IMG/VR virus record: IMGVR_UViG_3300044638_007100
Origin: a virus
Length of the DNA stretch: 64,000 bases
Direction: 5' to 3' (one strand)
Made by a program: the position numbers and the translations under genes. The notes beneath the pieces are model-generated. The model saw only the letters and a list, made by a program, of their open reading frames with translations, made no database searches and had not been told where the DNA came from. Positions 18,989 to 28,889 of this stretch are shown here, piece by piece (positions within the stretch are counted from its first letter, which is position 1; each line of letters begins with the position of its first letter).

Positions 18989-19584
18989 TGAATGTCGGGA
19001 TATGCTTCAGAAATAATTTCCTTGGTAATTTTATACTTAGTTTGAAGTTTCTTATCCTTACAAAGACACAAAATTTCTGCTTCCAAAGGATGAAGACCTT
19101 CTAAAATATTAATGAACATCGTTTCTCTACGAAGAGAACTCAATGAATCATTTCCTCCCTTTACAAAATTATATAATTTTGTATATTCTTTACGAATTGT
19201 AGATCTTCCTTGATCCTGAGATCCAAGTGAATTACTTCCAATTTCTTGCATTTTTACTACAGCATCATCAATTTTTTCAGAAAGAGTTCCACTGAAAGAA
19301 TTTTGCTCACCAACACTAGAATATGGAACTTCCCCTGGAGGAAGCAATGATACTATGGTTTCATCAAAATTCCAAATAAAAATTGCCTTTAAAGAACTAT
19401 CTTCGTATTTCTTTAAAATTTCTACTTTCTTAGAATTTGTTCTTTGCTTAGAAACAAAATTTAGTACTTCAAAAATAAAAGGATTTTTTGGTAATTCTAA
19501 ATTTTCAGAATTTACTACTTTCAACTGATTTGTTTTTGGTTTAGTAGTAGTTTTTTTTGTTACTGTCATACTCATAAAAATCAA
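18970..19584 (-). CDS. Conserved T4-like phage protein (LPPGEVPY / RRETMFINILEGLHP family)
   Basis: Characteristic motifs LPPGEVPY and RRE.MFI..LEGLHP.EAE. Confidence 0.7.
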   Translation of the reverse strand: MIFMSMTVTKKTTTKPKTNQLKVVNSENLELPKNPFIFEVLNFVSKQRTNSKKVEILKKYEDSSLKAIFIWNFDETIVSLLPPGEVPYSSVGEQNSFSGTLSEKIDDAVVKMQEIGSNSLGSQDQGRSTIRKEYTKLYNFVKGGNDSLSSLRRETMFINILEGLHPLEAEILCLCKDKKLQTKYKITKEIISEAYPDIQWGGRS

Positions 19585-19607
19585 AGTTTATATTAATTTA
19601 AAAATAT

Positions 19608-19838
19608 TTAGTCTTCTTCATCATCAAGTTCTTCATCATCAAAAAAGTCTGGATTGAAACTTATTGCAAGAACCTCATCAGGAATAACATTTCCATTATC
19701 ATCAAAAAATTCTGGATGAAGTTTTGGTCTATCTTGATAATTCATCATATATTCTCTCGCAACCCAACCACCAATAAGTCCGACTATGAGAAACATTACA
19801 ATTAAAAAAGAACCGAGAACTAAACTAACTGCTAACAT
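19608..19838 (-). CDS. Small membrane protein, conserved in cyanophages
   Basis: N-terminal transmembrane helix, HPEFFD.NGN..PDE motif, acidic tail. Confidence 0.65.
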   Translation of the reverse strand: MLAVSLVLGSFLIVMFLIVGLIGGWVAREYMMNYQDRPKLHPEFFDDNGNVIPDEVLAISFNPDFFDDEELDDEED

Positions 19839-19855
19839 TTCTTTTCTCCGGGAAA

Positions 19856-20083
19856 TTACTTTTTCTTGTTCCTAGACTTTAAGGAAAATTCAAAATAGAT
19901 AGTTACTTCCCGATTTAGAAAGCAAAATATCTTTTCAAAAATAATATGAAATGGTTGAATTTGCTTTCTTTTTCCTCCATGGAGTAAAACTTCAACACCA
20001 CGATTTCTGTGGTCATTATTATTTAGGTTTGTATTAGACAATTTTTTGTTCTTTAAGATATTCAATAGTATCTGTACAACCAC
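19856..20083 (-). CDS. Hypothetical protein
   Basis: Intact ORF in a co-directional cluster; start uncertain. Confidence 0.45.
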   Translation of the reverse strand: MVVQILLNILKNKKLSNTNLNNNDHRNRGVEVLLHGGKRKQIQPFHIIFEKIFCFLNREVTIYFEFSLKSRNKKK

Positions 20084-20270
20084 CTAGTTTCTTATCATCA
20101 CAAAGCACTTGAGGAAATGTTGATCCTTCACCAAATTCAGAATAAAATTCTTCTCTGGTGAAGTCTTCATTTAGATTATAAACCACAAAGTTACTTCCTG
20201 TCAACTCCAAAACTTGTTTAATCTTATAGCAGTATGGGCAATTATCTTTGGTATATACGGTAAAATTCAT
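20034..20270 (-). CDS. grx: Glutaredoxin
   Basis: CPYC active site, TFPQV, GGCTD. Confidence 0.92.
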   Translation of the reverse strand: MNFTVYTKDNCPYCYKIKQVLELTGSNFVVYNLNEDFTREEFYSEFGEGSTFPQVLCDDKKLGGCTDTIEYLKEQKIV

Positions 20271-20339
20271 ATTTCGGCAAAATTTTTATGGTTAATATTA
20301 TACCACATTTTAATGCAGTATGCAATAAATTAGAGAATT

Positions 20340-20807
20340 TTATAAACCTCTTGGGAATACTTGTCCAACACTTGGTCTCACTACCACTCCACCTCCAGTA
20401 GTTCCTACTCCAACAAAAATACTATTTTTCCAAATTGGAAGCATGGTGCTACGATCAATTTCGGTTGATCCATAAGATACAGTAGACAATATTCCACTGA
20501 TTTGTATAGTTTCAGTAACTCCACTATTCAATATAAATGGTGCAGAATAGGCAGTAGTAGAATTGGCAATTGAAATTGAAGCATTAGTATTCAGACCAAC
20601 AATACCTATAGTTTGAGTGAATCCGGTTTCTGTAGATCCTACGGAAACCATCATCATCGTTGCTCCTATTGCAGAAACAGTTTGAGTGAATCCGGTTTCT
20701 GTAGATCCTACAGAAACCATCATCATCGTTGCTCCTATTGCAACAGTTTGAGTAAATCCAGTTTCTGTAGAACCAACTGAAATAGTTCCTATTCCCAAAT
20801 ATGCCAT
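20340..20807 (-). CDS. Repeat-containing hypothetical (probably virion) protein
   Basis: Three SVGSTETGFTQT units; C-terminal P..GQVFPRG. Confidence 0.55.
   Translation of the reverse strand: MAYLGIGTISVGSTETGFTQTVAIGATMMMVSVGSTETGFTQTVSAIGATMMMVSVGSTETGFTQTIGIVGLNTNASISIANSTTAYSAPFILNSGVTETIQISGILSTVSYGSTEIDRSTMLPIWKNSIFVGVGTTGGGVVVRPSVGQVFPRGL
20610..20772 (-). repeat. Tandem repeats of 69 and 66 bp
   Basis: agtttgagt anchors at 20610, 20679 and 20745; near-identical DNA. Confidence 0.85.
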
Positions 20808-21730
20808 CAGTTAGATGTCCTAATCCAAAGATCAATAGGTCTATTGGTATTATAGTTTGACAAGCAAGTATAAGTTATACCATTAAGTTCTACAGTATCA
20901 CCCCAAACACCAGTATAACTATTAGATATCAGAAGACTTTGTGAGATTTTTCCCAAATAATGAACATCACCATATTGAGAATATGGTCTAAAGAAATATC
21001 CAGAAGTATTTGCACCATCAAACGGCGATGGATAATCTAAACTACGTGTTCCACTTAAAAATAATCCTTTTTGAGGAATTCCAACATCTTTAATGGGAAC
21101 TTTAAAATTAGCATAGTTAGAACCAAGAGAAATACTAATCCACTTCGAAATTCCAGAAGACGGATAATAAGATCCTGATTCTAAATCATCCGTATCAAGT
21201 CTAAAAATTCCACGAACAATATTTCCATTTGGACTACTAAAAGCATAAATGAACCATGGAAGATTGCCAGATGCTTCATATGCGACAAAAGATTCTGAAC
21301 CATTTGTACCAAATTCTTCTGCGCCAGTTCCTTCTCCACCACCCGGAGTATATGAATATGAACCATACCCATTAATTTCACTTCCAGGAGTTCTCCCATA
21401 ATAACTGAGTCCTGAAGGTCTTAAAGGGGTTGATTGAGATGTAGTACCACTAGTAGAATCCGCTCTTCTTGGATGAAACAGTATTCCCCAATCAGATCCA
21501 GTATCCCCATCACGAGTTTGCAAAACCCAAGCAACTCCAGAAGCACCAGATTTAGATGTAGCATCATTTGGAGTTGCTTGAATATTAATAATACTTGAAT
21601 CACCTATAGCAGTTACCCAAGCATCTAATTCTTGATGTAGTTTATATGAGGGATCAGATGAAACCCATCCGGTGCTAGTGATCCAGTTTGCATCTGCAGC
21701 GGTGGTCCAAGTTGTAGTTGCGATTGCCAT
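20807..21730 (-). CDS. Hypothetical virion protein, paralogue A
   Basis: N-terminal ~90 aa nearly identical to 21775-22704; aromatic/Gly/Ser-rich C-terminus. Confidence 0.6.
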   Translation of the reverse strand: MAIATTTWTTAADANWITSTGWVSSDPSYKLHQELDAWVTAIGDSSIINIQATPNDATSKSGASGVAWVLQTRDGDTGSDWGILFHPRRADSTSGTTSQSTPLRPSGLSYYGRTPGSEINGYGSYSYTPGGGEGTGAEEFGTNGSESFVAYEASGNLPWFIYAFSSPNGNIVRGIFRLDTDDLESGSYYPSSGISKWISISLGSNYANFKVPIKDVGIPQKGLFLSGTRSLDYPSPFDGANTSGYFFRPYSQYGDVHYLGKISQSLLISNSYTGVWGDTVELNGITYTCLSNYNTNRPIDLWIRTSN

Positions 21731-22664
21731 TTTGCTATCCTTAGTTTGTATTTTAATTTATATAGATGAATTTTTCAATTTACTTTAATCCATAATTGTG
21801 AAACTACACCAGAAACAGTATAATTACCTAAGCAAATATAATCTGAAGATTCAATATTAATTGAATCTCCCCAAACACCAGTAGATGAATTTGAAACTAA
21901 AAGATCTTGAGTTATCTTACCAATATAATGAACATCTCCATATTGAGGTAATGTTCTAAAGAAAAATCCAGCAGTATTTGCATTATTTACAGGACCTTTT
22001 GACACAAAATTCAAATATCCTGATAGATATAATCCTTTAAAAGGAAGTCCTAGATTTTTTATTGGAGACCAATAATATGAAATTGCACCACTATTATCAG
22101 CATAGAAATATATCCATTTTGAAATACCAGATGGTGGATAATACGAATTTGGAGTTAAATCATCAGTATTTAATCTAAACATTCCATATATTCTTCTATC
22201 AGTTTTAGCAGAATTTTCATAAGAATATAAAAACCAAGGAGTATCTCCAGTTGCATCATATGCAGTAAAAAAGTTTGCGGCAGATCCAAGTGTTTCAGCA
22301 CTTAATGCAGCATATCCAAATACTGAGAATGATCCATAACCATTATTTGAACTTCCAGATGTTCTTCCATAATAATTGTGCCCAGTACCACCTAAATTAG
22401 GCCATTGATCTGTATAATAAGAAGGATTAGAATCCGCTCTTCTTGGATGAAACAGTATTCCCCAATCAGATCCAGTATCCCCATCACGAGTTTGCAAAAC
22501 CCAAGCAACTCCAGAAGCACCAGATTTAGATGTAGCATCATTTGGAGTTGCTTGAATATTAATAATACTTGAATCACCTATAGCAGTTACCCAAGCATCT
22601 AATTCTTGATGTAGTTTATACGCAGGGTCAGATGAAACCCATCCGGTGCTAGTGATCCAGTTTG
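21454..22664. repeat. Direct repeat: 193 bp identical (21454-21646 = 22428-22620) plus a 37-bp block (21654-21690 = 22628-22664)
   Basis: Base-by-base comparison at an offset of 974 bp. Confidence 0.9.
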
Positions 22665-22704
22665 TATCTACAGTGGTGTTCCAAGTTTGTGTTACAACAG
22701 CCAT
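21775..22704 (-). CDS. Hypothetical virion protein, paralogue B
   Basis: Shared N-terminus with 20807-21730; shared PWF, ISKW, QYGDVHY, GVWGD and Y.CL.NY motifs in the divergent part. Confidence 0.6.
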   Translation of the reverse strand: MAVVTQTWNTTVDTNWITSTGWVSSDPAYKLHQELDAWVTAIGDSSIINIQATPNDATSKSGASGVAWVLQTRDGDTGSDWGILFHPRRADSNPSYYTDQWPNLGGTGHNYYGRTSGSSNNGYGSFSVFGYAALSAETLGSAANFFTAYDATGDTPWFLYSYENSAKTDRRIYGMFRLNTDDLTPNSYYPPSGISKWIYFYADNSGAISYYWSPIKNLGLPFKGLYLSGYLNFVSKGPVNNANTAGFFFRTLPQYGDVHYIGKITQDLLVSNSSTGVWGDSINIESSDYICLGNYTVSGVVSQLWIKVN

Positions 22705-22707
22705 TTA

Positions 22708-25635
22708 CTATTCCTCCATTTTTAAAATTGTGAGATTAACTTCTATTGAAGTTGAAATTCCAGATAAATTATTTACCGACATATAAATTATATTTTCTTC
22801 CGGATCATCGTCATTATATCCTATAGGAACTGGACCAGTTTTAATGGTTGTTGCACCAGCAGAAACAAATTCTGCTACAATTCCGCTTCCAGAAGTTGGA
22901 TCTATGTTTATTGGTCTAGAAGCATCGTTACTTCGTGAATCACTATCAGTATATATGCGAATCCATGCGGCAGTAGAAATACCAACCTTCAAAATACTAT
23001 AAGTTTTAAATCCAAAAATATCAGTATTTCCTATTCCACTAGAAGAAATTATCTCAGTAATTCCAGTTACAGTTATTCTTGATGGAGTTGGAAGATTTGT
23101 CAATCCAGAACCATCACCAACAAATGAAGTTGCGGTTACTACACCAGAAACTAAAACATCTCCAGTAACAGTTAATTTAGATGTTGGACTTGTGGCTCCT
23201 ATACCAACATTAAAGTTCTCATCTCCTACTAACCAATACTTAGAGTCATTAGCATCAGTTCTTATACCAACGGCAAATTGAGTATCTTTTGTGGCGTCTG
23301 GTGAGTCAAAAAGATTATTAGCATCAACTCCAGAACCAAAAATAATCTTATTAGATGCTGATGTAGAAATACCAGAATAATTACCCAAGAAAGTGTTATT
23401 ATTTCCAGTGGTGTTGTTGCATCCTACATTTCTACCAAAGAAGTTATTATAACATCCAGTGGTGTTACAGAATCCTGCACAAATACCAAAGAAGTTATTA
23501 TAACATCCAGTGGTATTATTAGATCCAGCATTACGACCAAAGAAGTTATTAGAAGATCCAGTAGTGTTGGCAATTCCAGATTGATAACCAAAGAAGTTAT
23601 TATAAGATCCAGTGGTGTTGTAAGATCCTGCAAAAGCACCAAAGAAATTATTATAACATCCAGTAGTGTTACAGAATCCTGCACAATTACCTAAGAAGTT
23701 ATTACCACATCCAGTGGTGTTGTATTTTCCTGCACAAGAACCAAAGAAGTTATTATCAAATCCAGTGGTGTTTTCTCTTCCTGCACTAGAACCTAAGAAG
23801 TTATTACAAGATCCAGTGCTTCCTTCAACTGTATTAATAGTAATTACAATATCATCAGTTACTGAAGAACCACCAACAGTAAAACCATCAATCGTAAGTG
23901 TATTTCCTTCATTATAATTTTGTCCTTCTATTACAATATCAACTATAGTAACATCACCATTACCATCTCTGATGACACTAAAAGTTGCATCAAAACCATC
24001 GCCACCAGTTCCAAATACATTGAGATAAGAGTTATTTGCTTCTCCTACTAATGTGGTGAAACTTGTGATACCTATAGATGTTATTCTACCTTTTCTTCCT
24101 CTTCCTGCATTAGTACCTAAGAAGTTATTTCTACTTCCAGTGGTGTTATATCTTCCTGCACTACATCCAAAAAAGTTATTGCAACTTCCTGTGGTACTAT
24201 AATATCCTGCATAAAGACCAAAGAAGTTATTACAAGATCCAGTGGTGTTGGAAGATCCTGCACCAACACCAATAAAGTTATTATTATTGCCAGTAGTAAT
24301 AGAAGAACCAGTAAATATATCACCAATTCTTACATTTCTATCACTAAATCCTAAGACACCACCAATCTCAAGTTTTGTTTGTGGATTTGTGGTTCCGATA
24401 CCAACATTAAAGTTCTCATCACCATTAATCCAAGAAGTATTACTTACACCAATTGCTAATTGATTATTGCCAGATACATTAGGAAGTTGAACATTATCTC
24501 CAATTGCTATGTTATAAGATCCAGTGGTATTATTAGATCCAGCACCAAATCCAAAAAAGTTATTATTACTTCCAGTAGTGTTCGCTGCTCCACTAAGATT
24601 TCCAAAGAAGTTATTATTGCATCCAGTGGTGTTTAGAATACCTGACTGTGAACCGAAGAAGTTATTATAACATCCAGAATTATATTCTCCCTCACTCAAA
24701 AAAGGAAGAAATGAAGAACCCGCAAAAATACCAAAGAAGTTATTGCTACATCCAGATGCAGCAACACCGGCACCAAAACCAAAGAAGTTATTATAAGATC
24801 CAGTGCTGTTAGCAACTCCTGCCAAATAACCCATATAGGTATTTGCACATCCAGTGGTGTTACCAAGACCTGCACCAGCACCAATATAGTTATTACCATA
24901 TCCAGTGGTGTTACAATAACCAGAATACTTACCAAAGAAGTTATTACCACATCCAGTGGTGTTGTCTTTTCCTGCACCCTCACCAAAGAAATTATTATAA
25001 GATCCAGTGGTGTTATTAAGTCCCGCACATCTACCAAAGAAGTTATTATCAGATCCAGTGCTTCCTTCAACAGTATCAATAGTAAATGTAATATCATCAG
25101 TTCCGGAAGAACCACCAACATCAGCACCATCAATCGTAAGTGTATTTCCTACATTATAATTTTGACCTCCTATTACAATATCAACTGTAAAAACATCACC
25201 ATTACCATCTCTTTCAACAGAGAAAGTTGCATTAGAACCATCACCACCAGTTCCAGATACATCAGAATAAGTATTGTTTGCTTCTCCTATTAATGTGGTG
25301 GAACTTGTGATACCTATAGATGTTATACCTTTTCTTCCTCTTCCCGCATTAAAACCAAAGAAGTTATTACAAGATCCAGATGTAATGCCATTACCAGCAT
25401 TAAATCCTACAAAGAAATTATTCTCCGCACTTGTAATGGAAGGTAATGATGTATTACATGAAATAAAGTTTGATGTGCAGCAGGCAATGATTGCACCAGA
25501 ACTACCACCCACCCCAGTTAATCCAGAACCATCACCAAAAAATGAAGTTGCGCTAACGATGCCAGATGCGGCATCTATAACAACATCTCCTACCTGAAGT
25601 CCATGTTCTACTCTAAAATTTTGAGTGCTAATCAA
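22708..25635 (-). CDS. Long tail-fibre/adhesin-like protein with 14-aa NTTG.NNNFFG repeats
   Basis: Dozens of (C)NTTG(S/C)(Y/N)NNFFG..AG repeats; two related ~100-aa inserted domains; NVGIGTT linkers. Confidence 0.75.
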   Translation of the reverse strand: MISTQNFRVEHGLQVGDVVIDAASGIVSATSFFGDGSGLTGVGGSSGAIIACCTSNFISCNTSLPSITSAENNFFVGFNAGNGITSGSCNNFFGFNAGRGRKGITSIGITSSTTLIGEANNTYSDVSGTGGDGSNATFSVERDGNGDVFTVDIVIGGQNYNVGNTLTIDGADVGGSSGTDDITFTIDTVEGSTGSDNNFFGRCAGLNNTTGSYNNFFGEGAGKDNTTGCGNNFFGKYSGYCNTTGYGNNYIGAGAGLGNTTGCANTYMGYLAGVANSTGSYNNFFGFGAGVAASGCSNNFFGIFAGSSFLPFLSEGEYNSGCYNNFFGSQSGILNTTGCNNNFFGNLSGAANTTGSNNNFFGFGAGSNNTTGSYNIAIGDNVQLPNVSGNNQLAIGVSNTSWINGDENFNVGIGTTNPQTKLEIGGVLGFSDRNVRIGDIFTGSSITTGNNNNFIGVGAGSSNTTGSCNNFFGLYAGYYSTTGSCNNFFGCSAGRYNTTGSRNNFLGTNAGRGRKGRITSIGITSFTTLVGEANNSYLNVFGTGGDGFDATFSVIRDGNGDVTIVDIVIEGQNYNEGNTLTIDGFTVGGSSVTDDIVITINTVEGSTGSCNNFLGSSAGRENTTGFDNNFFGSCAGKYNTTGCGNNFLGNCAGFCNTTGCYNNFFGAFAGSYNTTGSYNNFFGYQSGIANTTGSSNNFFGRNAGSNNTTGCYNNFFGICAGFCNTTGCYNNFFGRNVGCNNTTGNNNTFLGNYSGISTSASNKIIFGSGVDANNLFDSPDATKDTQFAVGIRTDANDSKYWLVGDENFNVGIGATSPTSKLTVTGDVLVSGVVTATSFVGDGSGLTNLPTPSRITVTGITEIISSSGIGNTDIFGFKTYSILKVGISTAAWIRIYTDSDSRSNDASRPINIDPTSGSGIVAEFVSAGATTIKTGPVPIGYNDDDPEENIIYMSVNNLSGISTSIEVNLTILKMEE

Positions 25636-25664
25636 AATCTTTCCCTCTTATTCTATAAGAGTAT

Positions 25665-26570
25665 TTATTCTTTTTCTATCGCTTCAAAAATTTTATCAAT
25701 ATTATACAAGTCTTCATTCTCATTAAATGGATATTCATGTTCTACTCCATTAAAATCAAAGTCAAACAAATAACTTTTAGGAAGTTTAAAATTATGAGGT
25801 TTGATAGTTTCAATATTAGTATGCATATCATATCCAAATACTTTGGGACTTGTGCCGTTCCAAAGAACTACAGAAGGAATTTTAAGTGCTGCTGCAGCAT
25901 GTTGAAGACAACTATCAATTAATATTCTCTTATCACTCTGAAGAATGATACTTAAAAATTCTAATGTGCTCAATTGCATTTCATTATTATATTCAATAAT
26001 ATTTGCATTGACACACTTAGAAGAATTTATTTTTGTGCATTGATAAATTGTATATTTCTTATGATACTTATCTACAATTTGTTGAGCAATATCATAGGGC
26101 ATATCTCTTGCCCACATATAAGGTTTTGCATCAGAAGAGATCAATCCACCATTTGTATGAATTACCATAACAGGTTTTTTATTCTTTTTCCAAATTTTCT
26201 CTGAAATTTGTTTCTGTAACGGATTGAATACAATTTCTGGCATTTCACCCTTGTATTCTAATCCATACATCTTACACCAATTTTGAATGAGTGGAAGTTT
26301 TTTGTGAATATGATCCGTTGTAAAATAAGGTTCGTTATGAAAAATCAATGAGTCTTGATTTTCAATATAATTCTGATAGAAATAATTTGTGTTATTTAAT
26401 TGATAAACTCTATCCACAAAGGGAAGATTCATAAACACATCAGTATAAACACACACAACAATAAGTTTTCTGTGTGGATGATTATTTTTTATACATTTGG
26501 CAACTGCTGTTGCAGCAATGTGTTTTCCTAATCCGCCTTGAACGTGAAAAATACTATACTTGTCTTTCAT
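25665..26570 (-). CDS. Glycosyltransferase, GT9-like GT-B fold
   Basis: HVQGGLGKHI N-terminal motif; LIDSCLQHAAAAL.IPSVVLW..T.P..FGY resembles heptosyltransferase C-terminus. Confidence 0.6.
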   Translation of the reverse strand: MKDKYSIFHVQGGLGKHIAATAVAKCIKNNHPHRKLIVVCVYTDVFMNLPFVDRVYQLNNTNYFYQNYIENQDSLIFHNEPYFTTDHIHKKLPLIQNWCKMYGLEYKGEMPEIVFNPLQKQISEKIWKKNKKPVMVIHTNGGLISSDAKPYMWARDMPYDIAQQIVDKYHKKYTIYQCTKINSSKCVNANIIEYNNEMQLSTLEFLSIILQSDKRILIDSCLQHAAAALKIPSVVLWNGTSPKVFGYDMHTNIETIKPHNFKLPKSYLFDFDFNGVEHEYPFNENEDLYNIDKIFEAIEKE

Positions 26571-26586
26571 TATAAAATCTCAATAA

Positions 26587-26907
26587 TTACCAAGGAAGTT
26601 CTTTTGAAATTGTTTTAGGTGCTGGTGGATTTTCAATAGAATTAATCCAGGAAGCATTATTAACTTCATGATTTCCAAGATTTTCACCAAGTCTTTGTCT
26701 TACCCAACCGAGAACAATTTCCTCAGTTAAATCTTCATAAGAAATAAAATTCTCAATATTTTCTGTTTTTAATTCAACAGTATCACCAGATTGAGTAGAA
26801 ATATTTCCATTGGTACTATGTACACTATAACTTACTTCGGAAACAATTCCCAAATCGTTATTCAATTCTCCCATTCTATCAATTTTCCAAGTATGTGTGA
26901 TTGTCAT
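26587..26907 (-). CDS. Small tail-fibre-associated protein
   Basis: TWKI...GIV..V.Y...FI.YEDLTEE.VLGWV...LPW; family often seen next to fibre genes. Confidence 0.5.
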   Translation of the reverse strand: MTITHTWKIDRMGELNNDLGIVSEVSYSVHSTNGNISTQSGDTVELKTENIENFISYEDLTEEIVLGWVRQRLGENLGNHEVNNASWINSIENPPAPKTISKELPW

Positions 26908-26908
26908 T

Positions 26909-27817
26909 TTATTTTACTATTTGAATTTGATTTTTTCTTGTCTTGACATATTTAGGAAGTGTTTGAATATATGGATTAGTTCTCCAAAAATTCATTCCAT
27001 TACATTTTTCCAATACATATGATGAAAGAATATCTATTGGTTTTGGTGCAGTATTTTGAAGTTCCTTGCGAACTTCATGCATATCAGAAAGACCATAAGT
27101 TTTCATATCTTCTTCCCTATTATGATTTTGCAAATCATTAAATTCATGCTCATAATATTCTTCATCAAGAAAATCATAAAGTTTTTTTAATGTCTGTTGT
27201 GGTTTTTTAACAAGGTCTTGATATTCAACAAGATGTAATCTATCACCAAATCCTTGATTTACACCTTCCATTATTGAACTTAATGATTGTCCAAGAATTC
27301 CACGATCTCCAGCAATATACTCACAACGATTATCATCACTGATAGGAATATTCAGTTTTACTAATTGTTCATCAATAAAATTAATTCTAGGATTACCTTC
27401 TTCATAAGGATTACGACGAATCATCATAATCATTGAAGTTAGAATTTCCTCAACATCTCTGACTGGACAAATAATCTTTGCTTTCTGACCAATGTAACCT
27501 TCAATATAAGATACTCTTGCAGTCCATGCACGATTTTTATCAATGACTACTGGACGATCAATATCACTATAAAATTGATTGATAATATTAGAAATAATTA
27601 AATGTGCCTGATCTGGTTTTGGATAACCATGAAAAAGTTCATCATTTGTTAAATGATTTTCCACAGCAAACATTGTAGAAAGTACTGGACTTGAAGGGCC
27701 AGAATAAAATCTTGGATTTTGATTAAGTATTGATGATAGCAATGTACTTCCTGCTCTGGGAAGACCTGCCATAAAATAATATGTTTTTCTTTCAGGAAAT
27801 ATTAACTGTGATTTCAT
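26909..27817 (-). CDS. Sulfotransferase family protein
   Basis: GLPRAGSTLL PAPS-binding loop, DKNR.W, RDV.EILTS, VEYQDLV..P. Confidence 0.85.
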   Translation of the reverse strand: MKSQLIFPERKTYYFMAGLPRAGSTLLSSILNQNPRFYSGPSSPVLSTMFAVENHLTNDELFHGYPKPDQAHLIISNIINQFYSDIDRPVVIDKNRAWTARVSYIEGYIGQKAKIICPVRDVEEILTSMIMMIRRNPYEEGNPRINFIDEQLVKLNIPISDDNRCEYIAGDRGILGQSLSSIMEGVNQGFGDRLHLVEYQDLVKKPQQTLKKLYDFLDEEYYEHEFNDLQNHNREEDMKTYGLSDMHEVRKELQNTAPKPIDILSSYVLEKCNGMNFWRTNPYIQTLPKYVKTRKNQIQIVK

Positions 27818-27873
27818 AGAGTGAATATACTTTCAATATATTATACGATACTTATTGAATAAAATCAAATTTT

Positions 27874-28146
27874 TTATATTTTTACTGGGATTCCTTCACC
27901 CTCTGGAAGTTTTTCTCTGTATGTATTTAACATTGATATATTTCCTGAAGGAAGACCAAGTTGCCCAGGTAATTGCTTATCTGTAGTAGAAGAAATATCA
28001 ATTACCTGATCCATAATAAATTTTTGCTTTCTATAAGTTCTTTTGTGCGAATCAAAGGATACCATCATTATTGCATCAGTTTCCTCACCACAATGAGAAA
28101 TTACCCTTCCTGTAGAAGTTTCAATCACCACCCAATAGTCATTCAT
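27874..28146 (-). CDS. Conserved cyanophage hypothetical protein
   Basis: Intact ORF coupled to upstream small ORF. Confidence 0.55.
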   Translation of the reverse strand: MNDYWVVIETSTGRVISHCGEETDAIMMVSFDSHKRTYRKQKFIMDQVIDISSTTDKQLPGQLGLPSGNISMLNTYREKLPEGEGIPVKI

Positions 28147-28258
28147 TCTTTTTTAAGGTATTTGTCTTATTATAGATTATTTTTGGCGATCTGTAAAGTT
28201 GTGGCCAAGTATCACGAATTATTTCTGCAAGTTTATAAGGAGTTGTTGTAGAAATCAT
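28139..28258 (-). CDS. Small peptide (39 aa)
   Basis: Read by hand: MISTTTPYKLAEIIRDTWPQLYRSPK...; fills the gap between neighbours exactly. Confidence 0.55.
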   Translation of the reverse strand: MISTTTPYKLAEIIRDTWPQLYRSPKIIYNKTNTLKKNE

Positions 28259-28263
28259 AATAA

Positions 28264-28635
28264 TTAAAATAATGGAGGAACTTTTCTTGGACGATAAACC
28301 ACCAATTCATTTTCGGCAATTTGATTCTGCCATTTTATGATTGCTGATAATCTTTCGGTTGTAAAGAAGTCTTGGTTCATATACCACTCATTCCACTTTT
28401 GATGACCTTTTGAATTGTTGCAATCTTTACAGGCACAAACTAAATTTGTAATTCTATCAGTTCCACCATTTGCTCTTGGTGTAATGTGATCTAAAGTAAG
28501 ATTTTCTTCACTTTCACAATATGCACATTTGAAATTCCATTGTTCTTTAATTGATTGTCTCCATTTTCTTTTTGCCTCCGAACTTGATGTTGCTTCTAGA
28601 TTATAAAGCAATTCTTCTGAGGTTGAATAGAGCAT
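28264..28635 (-). CDS. HNH endonuclease
   Basis: CAYC...LTLDHITPRANGG....NLVCAC..CN. Confidence 0.9.
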   Translation of the reverse strand: MLYSTSEELLYNLEATSSSEAKRKWRQSIKEQWNFKCAYCESEENLTLDHITPRANGGTDRITNLVCACKDCNNSKGHQKWNEWYMNQDFFTTERLSAIIKWQNQIAENELVVYRPRKVPPLF

Positions 28636-28682
28636 TCGTAATGTGCGAATCTTAAGTATTTAGATTCTCAAGTCACTACAAT

Positions 28683-28889
28683 TTAATTCTCCCAGTTTTT
28701 ATAAATGTTTCTAAAATACAAATCAACTTCATCTAAATCATCCAGATGAACATCACAAGTGTAGTTATGATCATCACACCATTCTAATGCAATTTCATGA
28801 AATTTTTGCTCACGCATAGTTCTTTCAACTCCATAAGTTCTCGCAAATGAGGACATTATGAAATTCCAGCACTGATCTTCGCGTTTCAT
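28683..28889 (-). CDS. Conserved cyanophage hypothetical protein
   Basis: Intact ORF overlapping the talC stop (ATGA). Confidence 0.55.
   Translation of the reverse strand: MKREDQCWNFIMSSFARTYGVERTMREQKFHEIALEWCDDHNYTCDVHLDDLDEVDLYFRNIYKNWEN

Noticed and set aside
28264-28635. HNH genes (here and 63657-64000) as part of a defence or mobile system
   Set aside because: Short stand-alone HNH genes are common in cyanomyoviruses, and no associated methylase, intron or terminal repeats are visible.
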